This document shows positions 36,472-44,651 of a DNA stretch of 48,820 nucleotides, one piece after another (the stretch's first letter is position 1; the number at the start of each line of letters is the position of its first letter). The notes beneath the pieces are model-generated. The model was not told where the DNA came from. It saw only the letters and a list, made by a program, of their open reading frames with translations, and made no database searches. This stretch comes from Minisyncoccota bacterium. GTDB lineage: Bacteria; Patescibacteriota; Minisyncoccia; Minisyncoccales; GWA2-38-27. The position numbers and the translations under genes are program-made. The stretch covers positions 73,521 to 122,340 of the forward strand of contig JAQTZP010000003.1 in NCBI GenBank assembly GCA_028687715.1. The letters are read 5' to 3'.

Positions 36472-36687
36472 ATGAATCCTATATTACTATTATCTCAAGC
36501 AATTGCATCTGTGGTCTTGATTGTTTTGATTCTTCTTCAGCAAAGAGGGACTGCTTTAGGTTCTGCTTTCGGAGGAGAAAGCGGATTCTACACTACAAGA
36601 AGAGGCATCCAAAAGAAAATCTTTTGGGCCACAGTAGTTGTCGGCGTAATCTTTGTAATCTTAGCAGTATTAAACCTCTTATTTTAA
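36472..36687 (+). CDS. secG: preprotein translocase subunit SecG
   Basis: 71 aa with two TM helices and the LLQQRGTALGSAFGG motif. Confidence 0.8.
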   Translation: MNPILLLSQAIASVVLIVLILLQQRGTALGSAFGGESGFYTTRRGIQKKIFWATVVVGVIFVILAVLNLLF

Positions 36688-36712
36688 TTCACAACCTCTA
36701 CTAAGATAATTA

Positions 36713-38728
36713 ATGAATTTTCAGTTTTTTAAAAAAGCTTTTGAGATTAAAAAATGGCCTGCTAGGCATCAATGGGGGCAGTTTTTTAAAATATTAAGCA
36801 AAAAAGAAAAAGTCTATTTCTTTTTGCTTTTTGTTGTTTTTATTTCTTCTTTCATATATCTTTTAAGGAATTTCTATTTAGAGAATACAACAATTACGCC
36901 TGCTCAGGGCGGAATTCATATTGAAGGAGTCATCGGCCAGCCGCGATTCATCAACCCAATCTACGCTAACTCCGATACTGACAGAGACCTGGTTCAGCTT
37001 ATCTTCTCCGGACTTATGAAATACGATGATAATATGAATATAGTGCCTGATATGGTTCAGAATTATGAGATTGAAGAAGAAGGAAAAACATATAAATTCT
37101 ATTTAAAAGAAAATCTTTTATGGCAGGACAAAACTCCGATTACCTCAGACGACATTATATTCACGATTAAAACAATTCAAAACCCTGATTACAAAAGCAC
37201 GCTCAGAGCAAACTGGGTAGGAGTGGAGGTTGAGAAAATAAGCGAGCTTGGAGTTAAATTCAAGCTTAAAAAACCATACGGCGCATTTTTAGAAAACTGC
37301 ACCTTAAAGATTATTCCAAAGCATATCTTAGAGAGCATACCCCCTGAAAACTTCCCTTTTGAATCATATAATTTAAAGCCGATAGGCTCCGGTCCTTATA
37401 AAATAAAGGAGATAATTCAGGAAAAACCCGAACGATTAAAATCATTGACTTTATCGGTAAACTCTCTCTATTATGACAAAAGACCCTATATACCTGAAAT
37501 AAAATTTCTCTTTTTTGACAATAAAGAAGAATTAATTGAGGCGGCTAAAAACGGCAAAGTTAAAGGATTAGGCATTGACTATAATAATGAGATAAATCAG
37601 AAATGGCAGACATATGACATTCTAATGCCGAGATATTTTGCTGTTTTCTTTAATCCGGACAAATCACCTGCTTTAAAAGATAAAAATGTCAGAATAGCTT
37701 TAAACTTAGCTACTGATAAGAAAAAGATTATTAAGAATGTTTTAAAAATTGACGAAGACTCTCCTGAATTTGAAAAAGTAATTGTTGATTCCCCTATTTT
37801 GCCTCAAGTCTACGGATATGAAGCTCCTTTGGAGATTTACCAATATGATACTGAAAAAGCAAAAGAGATTTTGGAAAAAGCGGGATTTAAAGATGAAAAC
37901 GGAGACGGATTAAGAGAAAAAATCCTTGAGAAAAAAGCCGCTTTTCAGTTTAAAAGCGATCTTAGATTAGGGTCCAGAGGAACAGAAGTTGAAGAGCTTC
38001 AAAAATGCCTGGCTAAATTCTCTGATGTTTATCCCGAAGGAGAAATAACATCATACTTCGGCAAGAAAACCGAAGAGGCGGTAATTAAATTCCAGGAAAA
38101 ATACGCCTCAGAGATTTTAGCTCCTTCAGGCTTGACAAAAGGAACCGGAGAAGTCAGTAAAAATACAAGAGCGAAATTAAATGAAGTTTGTTTTGAAAAG
38201 CCTGATGAAAGCATTCCTTTGAAAATATCTTTGGTTACAGTTAATCAAGCGCAATTGGTTGAAGTTGCCGAAGAGCTTAAAAATCAATGGAAATCAATAG
38301 GCGTTGAGCTTGAAATTGAGAAAATCAATGTCTCAAGCCTTGAACAGGATTTCATCAAGCCAAGAGAATACCAAAGTCTGCTTTTCGGAGAAGTTTTAGG
38401 CGCGATACTTGATCTTTTGCCTTTCTGGCATTCCTCTCAGAAAATAGACCCCGGCTTAAATCTTGCTGTCTACCAGAACAAAGAAGCTGATAAACTGCTT
38501 GAAGAGATTAGAGTTTCTTCAGATTCTCGGCTTAAAGCTGAAAAACTCAATCAGTTCCAAAACATCCTAATCAAAGAAGCTCCGGCAGTATTCCTTTACT
38601 GTCCAGACTATATCTATCTTGCTTCAAAAGAGATAAAAGGAATAGAAACAAAAAAGATAACAGACCCTTCAAAAAGATTCTCTTGTATAGAAAACTGGTA
38701 TATTAAAACAAAAAGAGTATGGAAATGA
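36713..38728 (+). CDS. family 5 solute-binding protein (peptide/nickel type), N-terminal TM anchor, inserted PG_binding_1-like domain
   Basis: 671 aa. SBP_bac_5-like segments include GQPRFINPIYANSDTDRDLVQLIFSGLMKYD, YKIKEI and YNLATDKKKII. An insert, LRLGSRGTEVEELQKCLAKF..YFGKKTEEAVIKFQEKYA..GEVSKNTRAKLNE, resembles a peptidoglycan-binding domain. Confidence 0.7.
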   Translation: MNFQFFKKAFEIKKWPARHQWGQFFKILSKKEKVYFFLLFVVFISSFIYLLRNFYLENTTITPAQGGIHIEGVIGQPRFINPIYANSDTDRDLVQLIFSGLMKYDDNMNIVPDMVQNYEIEEEGKTYKFYLKENLLWQDKTPITSDDIIFTIKTIQNPDYKSTLRANWVGVEVEKISELGVKFKLKKPYGAFLENCTLKIIPKHILESIPPENFPFESYNLKPIGSGPYKIKEIIQEKPERLKSLTLSVNSLYYDKRPYIPEIKFLFFDNKEELIEAAKNGKVKGLGIDYNNEINQKWQTYDILMPRYFAVFFNPDKSPALKDKNVRIALNLATDKKKIIKNVLKIDEDSPEFEKVIVDSPILPQVYGYEAPLEIYQYDTEKAKEILEKAGFKDENGDGLREKILEKKAAFQFKSDLRLGSRGTEVEELQKCLAKFSDVYPEGEITSYFGKKTEEAVIKFQEKYASEILAPSGLTKGTGEVSKNTRAKLNEVCFEKPDESIPLKISLVTVNQAQLVEVAEELKNQWKSIGVELEIEKINVSSLEQDFIKPREYQSLLFGEVLGAILDLLPFWHSSQKIDPGLNLAVYQNKEADKLLEEIRVSSDSRLKAEKLNQFQNILIKEAPAVFLYCPDYIYLASKEIKGIETKKITDPSKRFSCIENWYIKTKRVWK

Positions 38729-39324
38729 AAAAAAGACCGGATATAAGGCGGATAGAAGATATGAAAAAAGTTCTCTATGACAAAGAATGGGCTAAAAAAG
38801 CCAATAACTTTGAGTTGTATTATATGTATAGAGGGCTTAAAATAAAGAAAGATTTAAGATTTGACATAACTGTAATTCCCTCAAGAATGCTGGGCGAAGA
38901 ATTCGTAAAAACAAAAGGTCATAATCATTTAAACAATTACAAAGAATTATATATTATAATAGAAGGAGAAGCCATTTATCTAATGCAGAAAACTAATAAT
39001 GGAAAGGTGGAAGATGTTTATGCGGTTAAAACGAAAAAGGGAAATGCGGTAATAATCCCTTACGGCTACGGCCATGTCACTATAAACCCGTCTAAAAAAG
39101 ATTTGAAAATGGCAAACTGGATTTCAAAAAAGTGTAAAAGCGGCTATAGTTTATTTGAAAAAAAACAAGGAGCCTGCTATTACTATACTAAATCAGGCTG
39201 GGTTAAAAATAAAAGATATAAAGAGACGCCTCCCTTACGTTTTGAAAAGCCTCTAAAATCAGCGCCGAGCAATCTTGATTTTTTAATAACTAAAGCGGGC
39301 GTGGCGGAACAGAAGACGCGCTAG
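38719..39324 (+). CDS. cupin-type (archaeal-type) glucose-6-phosphate isomerase
   Basis: 201 aa. The cupin PGI motifs are TKGHNHLNNYKELYIIIEGEA and VIIPYGYGHVTINP. The last ~10 codons are encoded by the 5' part of tRNA-Leu, giving a 30-nt overlap. Confidence 0.7.
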   Translation: MEMKKRPDIRRIEDMKKVLYDKEWAKKANNFELYYMYRGLKIKKDLRFDITVIPSRMLGEEFVKTKGHNHLNNYKELYIIIEGEAIYLMQKTNNGKVEDVYAVKTKKGNAVIIPYGYGHVTINPSKKDLKMANWISKKCKSGYSLFEKKQGACYYYTKSGWVKNKRYKETPPLRFEKPLKSAPSNLDFLITKAGVAEQKTR

Positions 39325-39377
39325 GTTCAGGACCTAGTGGGAGCAATCTCGTGGAGGTGCAAATCCTCCTGCCCGCA
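39295..39377 (+). tRNA. tRNA-Leu (anticodon CAG), class II with long variable arm
   Basis: The acceptor stem is GCGGGCG/TGCCCGC plus discriminator A. GTGGCGGAA..AGACGCGCTAGGTTCAGGACCTAG closely parallels E. coli tRNA-Leu(CAG). The anticodon loop is TTCAGGA. The T arm is GGAGG-TGCAAAT-CCTCC; the loop reads TGC where TTC is usual. CCA is not encoded. Confidence 0.85.
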
Positions 39378-39384
39378 CTAATTT

Positions 39385-41073
39385 ATGATAAAGCAAGAAA
39401 TCAAAAAAGAAGAGTATATAAAAATAATTCCCTTGGGCGGATTAGGCGAAATCGGAAGGAATATGATGATCCTTGAATACAAAGGAAAGATTCTTATCAT
39501 TGATATGGGTCTTCGCTTTCCAGAAGAAAATATGCCCGGAATAGATTATATTATTCCTAATGTCAGCTATCTTGAAAATAAAAGAAGAGATATTTTAGCC
39601 GTAGTCATTACTCACGGCCACTACGACCACATCGGAGCAATACCTTATTTAATTGAAAGAATTGGAAACCCGCCCATTTACGCCTCTAATCTTGCCAGAG
39701 GAATAATACTTAAACGACAGGAAGAGTTTAATACTAACTCAAAGCTAAAAATTACAATCGTAAAGAATGAATCTCATATAAAGGCAGGACCTTTTGAGAT
39801 TGAGTTTTTCCGTCAAAACCACAATATCCCTGAAACCTTGGGCCTTTTTATTAAAACTCCTATCGGCAATTTTATTTATACCTCTGATTTTAAGTTTGAT
39901 AAAAACCCGATAAACGACCTGCCTACTGATTTTAAAAAACTGAAAGATATCGGAAAGAAAAACATTCTCTGTCTTATGGCTGACTCAACCGGAGCTGAAG
40001 AAGAGGGCCATTCCCTTTCTGAAAAAACAATTGAAAAGAACTTAGAAGAAATATTCAAGAGCGCAAAAGGAAGAATTATCGCTGCCACCTTTTCTTCCCT
40101 TTTAAACAGAATCCAGCAGCTTATAAACCTCTCTGAAAAATACAAAAGAAAAGTCTGCATTGAAGGCTATTCAATGAGAACTAACGTAGATATTGCCAAA
40201 GCCTTAGGCTATCTTAAACTTAAAAGCGACACTTTCATTAACGTAAAAGAAATAGACAAATATCCAGATTCAAAGATAACAATTCTCTGCACCGGCGCTC
40301 AAGGAGAAGACCATGCAGCCCTTATGAGAATTGTAAATAAGGAGCATAAGTTTCTAAGATTAAAAAAAGGAGACGAGGTAATATTTTCATCTTCTGTAAT
40401 CCCGGGAAATGAAAGAACTGTCCAGGCTGTCAAAGATGAGCTTTACCGCCAGAAAGTAAAAGTTTATCATTATAAAATAATGGATATTCATGCTGGAGGC
40501 CATGCCCAGAAGGAGGAATTAAAAGAAATGATTAAAATAATCAGGCCTAAGTTCTTTATGCCTGTTCACGGACAGGTTTCAATGCTGGCAACCCACGGAG
40601 AAATCGCTGAAGATGCAGGCGTTAAGAAGGAAAATATAATAATTGCAAACAACGGCCAGATAATAGATGTCAACCAGAATGAATTCAGCTTTGAGAAAAA
40701 AACAGCGCCTTCCAACTACATTATGGTTGATGGGCTGGGAATCGGAGATGTCGGAGAGATTGTTCTAAGGGACAGACAGATGCTTTCAAAAGATGGAATG
40801 TTTGTCATAGTGGCTGTGGTAGACAGATTAACAGGCCAGGTAAAAGGTTCTCCTGATATAATATCCAGAGGATTCATTTATTTAAGAGAATCCAAAGACC
40901 TTCTCTCTCAAACCAGAAAGAAAGTAATAAATATCATAAACAGCACAGCTGGGAAAGGAGGAGCGGTTAACTGGACTTATGTTAAAAATGAAGTAAGGGA
41001 CAAAATAGGACAATTTCTCTTCTCTAAAACAGAAAGAAGGCCTATTATCCTGCCTGTAATAATTGAGGTGTAA
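39385..41073 (+). CDS. rnj: ribonuclease J
   Basis: 562 aa. It has the metallo-beta-lactamase motif ITHGHYDHIG, a beta-CASP domain, the N-terminus IIPLGGLGEIGRNMMILEY and an RNase J C-terminal domain. Confidence 0.9.
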   Translation: MIKQEIKKEEYIKIIPLGGLGEIGRNMMILEYKGKILIIDMGLRFPEENMPGIDYIIPNVSYLENKRRDILAVVITHGHYDHIGAIPYLIERIGNPPIYASNLARGIILKRQEEFNTNSKLKITIVKNESHIKAGPFEIEFFRQNHNIPETLGLFIKTPIGNFIYTSDFKFDKNPINDLPTDFKKLKDIGKKNILCLMADSTGAEEEGHSLSEKTIEKNLEEIFKSAKGRIIAATFSSLLNRIQQLINLSEKYKRKVCIEGYSMRTNVDIAKALGYLKLKSDTFINVKEIDKYPDSKITILCTGAQGEDHAALMRIVNKEHKFLRLKKGDEVIFSSSVIPGNERTVQAVKDELYRQKVKVYHYKIMDIHAGGHAQKEELKEMIKIIRPKFFMPVHGQVSMLATHGEIAEDAGVKKENIIIANNGQIIDVNQNEFSFEKKTAPSNYIMVDGLGIGDVGEIVLRDRQMLSKDGMFVIVAVVDRLTGQVKGSPDIISRGFIYLRESKDLLSQTRKKVINIINSTAGKGGAVNWTYVKNEVRDKIGQFLFSKTERRPIILPVIIEV

Positions 41074-41080
41074 TAAACCT

Positions 41081-42055
41081 ATGAGAATTCTAAGCGGAAT
41101 CCAGCCAACTGGAGCTATCCATATTGGGAACTATTTGGGAGCTATAAAGCAATGGATTGAGCTTCAAGAAAAAAATGAATGCGTCTTTTTCATTTCTGAC
41201 CTTCATTCTTTAACTATCCCGTATAAGCCAGAAGAGCTAAAAGAAAAGATTCTTGAAGCAGCCATAATTTATCTTGCCGCTGGGATAAACCCTGAAAAAA
41301 GCATTTTCTTTGTCCAGTCTCATGTTAAAGAGCATGCTGAACTCTCTTGGTTTTTAAATACTGTTTGTCCGGTGGGCGACCTTATGAGAATGACCCAATA
41401 CAAAGAAAAATCAAAAGAGTTTAAGAAAGATATCAATGCCGGACTCCTGAATTATCCTATTTTAATGGCTTCTGACATCCTTCTTTATAAAACAGATAAG
41501 GTTCCGGTGGGAAAAGACCAAGTTCAGCATGTTGAACTTGCCAGAACTATTGCCAGAAAATTCAACCAGAGATTTGGCAAAGTATTTGTTGAACCAGAAG
41601 CGCTTATTTCAAAAAGCGGGGCGAAAATAATGGCCCTTGATAATCCAAAGAAAAAAATGTCTAAATCTTTGGGCCCTCAGAACTACATCTCTCTTTTTGA
41701 CGAGCCGGAATTAATTAAAAAGAAAATAATGTCTGCCCTAACAGACACTGGAAAAAACATTAAATATGACCCTGTTAAAAAACCAGGCATTTCAAACCTT
41801 TTAAATATCTTCAGCCTTATCACCGATAGAGAAATCAAAAACCTAGAAAAAGAATTTAAAAGCAAAGGATACTCTCTATTTAAAAAGTCTTTAGCAGATA
41901 GTCTGATTAACTTCTTAGAGCCGTTCAGAAGAAAGAAAAAAGAGCTTCTATCCAGAGAATTATACGTTTACGAGACCCTTAAACAAGGTGCTAAAAGGGC
42001 CCAGATAATTGCAGGCTCAACAATGGAAGAAGTTAAAAAGAAAATGGGCCTATAA
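41081..42055 (+). CDS. trpS: tryptophan--tRNA ligase
   Basis: MRILSGIQPTGAIHIGNYLGA is the HIGH-type motif and KMSKS is present. The ATG at 41081 is preceded by GAGGTG; the track ORF starts at GTG 41063 inside the rnj end. Confidence 0.9.
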   Translation: MRILSGIQPTGAIHIGNYLGAIKQWIELQEKNECVFFISDLHSLTIPYKPEELKEKILEAAIIYLAAGINPEKSIFFVQSHVKEHAELSWFLNTVCPVGDLMRMTQYKEKSKEFKKDINAGLLNYPILMASDILLYKTDKVPVGKDQVQHVELARTIARKFNQRFGKVFVEPEALISKSGAKIMALDNPKKKMSKSLGPQNYISLFDEPELIKKKIMSALTDTGKNIKYDPVKKPGISNLLNIFSLITDREIKNLEKEFKSKGYSLFKKSLADSLINFLEPFRRKKKELLSRELYVYETLKQGAKRAQIIAGSTMEEVKKKMGL

Positions 42056-43390
42056 TTGATTTACAAATGCAATGAGCTCCTTTTGCTTTTCATAAAGGAG
42101 CTTTTTTGTTTCTGCCTCAACGGTTAATCTCATAACAGGCTCTGTCTGAGACCCCCTTATATTAAACCACCAGTTATCATATTCAACAGTAACTCCGTCC
42201 AAATAATCCTGAACTCCGTCTGAATACTTCTCCTTTATTTTCATTAAAACAAGTTCTTTATCCTTAACCTTGAAACTAATTTCCTGACTCTTGGCATAAA
42301 TTGAAAACTCTTTTACAATCTCTGAAACCTTTTTACCGCTCTCGGAAATAAGCTGGACTAAAGATAAAAAAGCTATAAAGCCTGAATCAAGATAAAAATT
42401 ATCCCTAAACGAATAATGGCCTGACAGCTCTCCTCCCAATATGCCTTTTGATTCAATAAGAGCCCGAGAGACATTTACAAATCCCACCTGGGTTCTTATC
42501 GGCCTGCCTGACCATTTTTTAATAAACTCCGGCACTGCTTTTGAACACAAGACATTATATCCAACAGCTTGTCTTGGATATTTCTTTAGAAAGTGTTTTG
42601 CCAAAAGAAGAAGAGTTATATCCGCCTGAACAAACTTCCCTTTCTCGTCAAGTAAAAAAACCCTGTCAGCGTCTCCGTCAAAGATAAAGCCGAAATCAGC
42701 TTTTTTCTCTTTAATTTCTCTGCTTAACTGATTAGTTGACCCGGAAGCTAAAGGATTTGGCGGATGAGCTTTAAAATTCCCGTCTATTTTAAAATTTAAG
42801 GGAATTATTTTAAACGGCAACCTCTTATTTATCTTAGAAAGAACCTTAGAAGCCATTCCATTTGAAGCATCTATGACTATTTTGAAATTCTTTATCTTTT
42901 TAAGCTCTGCAAAAGATAAGATATGCCTTAGATATCTCTGCCAGAAGTCCAATTTCTTAACCTTCCCTTTTTTAACTGAATGATTATATCTGTTATTTAC
43001 AGCTGCCTCTGAAAGATCCCTGCCTCTTATTACATTGATAGCATTGCCCTTATTTTCTACCATCTTAAAGCCGTTGTATTCTTTCGGATTATGGCTGGCA
43101 GTTATCATAATTCCAGCGCAAAGATTATACGAAGAAACAGAAAAATAAAGACACTCTGTAGGCGCTTCTCCGATATCAAAAACATCGGCTCCCGAATCAG
43201 TGATGCCTTTTACAAGAGATTTAAATAAGGTTGAAGACGAGATGCGTCCGTCTCTTGAGACAGCTACTTTTTTAGCTTTTGTATAAGCTATAAAAGACCT
43301 GCCTATGATATAAGCAGAATCCTCATCAAGCTCCAAAGGATAAATGCCTCGGATATCGTAAGATTTGAATATTAAAGGATTGACTGGCAT
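42050..43390 (-). CDS. phosphoglucomutase/phosphomannomutase family protein
   Basis: 446 aa. The active-site loop is TASHNPKEYNGFK and the Mg loop is FDGDADR. The sugar-binding GELSGH motif is also present. Confidence 0.85.
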   Translation of the reverse strand: MPVNPLIFKSYDIRGIYPLELDEDSAYIIGRSFIAYTKAKKVAVSRDGRISSSTLFKSLVKGITDSGADVFDIGEAPTECLYFSVSSYNLCAGIMITASHNPKEYNGFKMVENKGNAINVIRGRDLSEAAVNNRYNHSVKKGKVKKLDFWQRYLRHILSFAELKKIKNFKIVIDASNGMASKVLSKINKRLPFKIIPLNFKIDGNFKAHPPNPLASGSTNQLSREIKEKKADFGFIFDGDADRVFLLDEKGKFVQADITLLLLAKHFLKKYPRQAVGYNVLCSKAVPEFIKKWSGRPIRTQVGFVNVSRALIESKGILGGELSGHYSFRDNFYLDSGFIAFLSLVQLISESGKKVSEIVKEFSIYAKSQEISFKVKDKELVLMKIKEKYSDGVQDYLDGVTVEYDNWWFNIRGSQTEPVMRLTVEAETKKLLYEKQKELIAFVNQL

Positions 43391-43457
43391 AGCTTTTTAT
43401 TATAATATAATTATATCGTAATTATAGCATATAAAAGAGCGCAAAAGAACATGAAAT

Positions 43458-43486
43458 TTGACTATTTTCTTTCTGGTTGTTAGAAT
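43458..43486 (+). promoter_or_regulatory. candidate sigma70-type promoter of rpsF-ssb-rpsR
   Basis: TTGACT (43458-43463), a 17-nt spacer, then TAGAAT (43481-43486), 20 nt upstream of the rpsF ATG. Confidence 0.5.
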
Positions 43487-43505
43487 TTAAGACATAAATA
43501 AAAAC

Positions 43506-43913
43506 ATGAAATTCTACGAATTAAGCTATCTTATCCCTTCTGATATATCCCTTGAAGAAGCTAAAATCTTTTCCCAAGAATTAGCTGATTTTATCTCATC
43601 GGAAAAAGGATTGGTTAAAAAGATAACAGACCCGATAAAAAGAAAACTTGGTTATTCTTTAAAAAATAAAAATGAGGCTTATTTGATTTCTTTGAGTTTT
43701 GACCTAAATCCAGAAAACTTAAAAGAGCTTGAAAAGAAATTAAAGACTGATCTTTTAATTCTTCGCTATTTAATATTAAATAAAAAAGAGCAAAAAGAAC
43801 AGGTGAGAAAAAGAATGCCTCTTAGAAAAGAGGGCAAGGAGAAGCCTGTTGAAATTAAAAAAGTCGAGTTAAAGGAAATAGATAAAAAAATTGAAGAAAT
43901 TTTAGGACAATGA
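43506..43913 (+). CDS. rpsF: 30S ribosomal protein S6
   Basis: 135 aa. The MKFYELSYLI... pattern matches S6, and the gene sits in the rpsF-ssb-rpsR arrangement. It has a long Lys/Glu-rich C-terminal extension. Confidence 0.85.
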   Translation: MKFYELSYLIPSDISLEEAKIFSQELADFISSEKGLVKKITDPIKRKLGYSLKNKNEAYLISLSFDLNPENLKELEKKLKTDLLILRYLILNKKEQKEQVRKRMPLRKEGKEKPVEIKKVELKEIDKKIEEILGQ

Positions 43914-44374
43914 ATTTAAATAAGGTTTTTTTAATAGGAAGACTGACTCAAAATCCTGAAATAAGAACTACTGCCAATGGACAAATGGTTTCCAGCTTTT
44001 CCATAGCCACCAATAGAATTTGGGTTGATTCTAATACAAAAGAAAGGCAGGAAAGAACTGAATACCACAATATTGTTCTCTGGCGGAAATTAGCTGAGAT
44101 TGCCTCCCAATACTTGACAAAAGGAAGCCTTGTTTTAATTGAAGGCAAAATACAGACAAGATCCTGGCAGGACCAAAACGGCAATAAAAGATACAAAACA
44201 GAAATTATCGCTGACAATATCCAGCTCGGACCCAAGCTTTCTTCTCAAACGCCTTCTCAAAACAGAGAAATAAAGGAGATTAAGGCTGATTTTGCCAGCA
44301 GCAAATCGGAAGAAGAAATTCCAGTGATAGAAGATAAGGAAGAAGAAATAGACGTAGAAAACATACCTTTTTAA
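43910..44374 (+). CDS. ssb: single-stranded DNA-binding protein
   Basis: 154 aa. The OB fold reads MNLNKVFLIGRLTQNPEIRTT..G..V..FSIA..R, and the acidic C-terminal tip is EEIDVENIPF. Confidence 0.9.
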   Translation: MNLNKVFLIGRLTQNPEIRTTANGQMVSSFSIATNRIWVDSNTKERQERTEYHNIVLWRKLAEIASQYLTKGSLVLIEGKIQTRSWQDQNGNKRYKTEIIADNIQLGPKLSSQTPSQNREIKEIKADFASSKSEEEIPVIEDKEEEIDVENIPF

Positions 44375-44402
44375 TAAATTAAAGAAATAATATATCATTA
44401 TT

Positions 44403-44600
44403 ATGGATTGTTATTTTTGCCAAAAAAACAGCAAAGAAGTAGATTTTAAAAATGTTGAAATTCTTAAAAAATTCATTTCTGGCTTGGGGAAAATAAAACC
44501 TAAGAAAAGAAGCGGTCTTTGTTCTAAACATCAGCGCCAGTTTGCCAAAGCTGTGAAAAGGGCAAGACATTTAGGTCTTCTTTCTTCAGCTAAAAAATAA
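44403..44600 (+). CDS. rpsR: 30S ribosomal protein S18
   Basis: 65 aa. CYFC..VDFKNVEILKKFIS..GKIKPKKRSGLCSKHQRQFAKAVKRARHLGLL matches S18. Confidence 0.9.
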   Translation: MDCYFCQKNSKEVDFKNVEILKKFISGLGKIKPKKRSGLCSKHQRQFAKAVKRARHLGLLSSAKK

Positions 44601-44602
44601 TT

Positions 44603-44632
44603 AAAAACAGGTCAATTTAAAACCTGTTTTTA
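44603..44632. terminator. bidirectional Rho-independent terminator
   Basis: aaaaacaggt-caatttaa-acctgttttt lies between convergent rpsR and the 1305-aa gene. Confidence 0.65.
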
Positions 44633-44651
44633 ATTACCTGAATAATATTAT

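Noticed and set aside
36429-36704. A 91-aa ORF overlapping secG in another frame. Similar shadow ORFs are 1217-1522, 8463-8675, 12253-12444, 16440-16794, 18345-18683, 20182-21216, 24746-24928, 30530-30838, 31266-31466, 32223-32417, 33221-33406, 38029-38214, 39876-40160, 41683-41865, 42441-42629, 43948-44570 and 45967-48417.
   Set aside because: Each lies inside or antisense to a longer ORF with clear family motifs. None has recognisable motifs or an independent expression signal.
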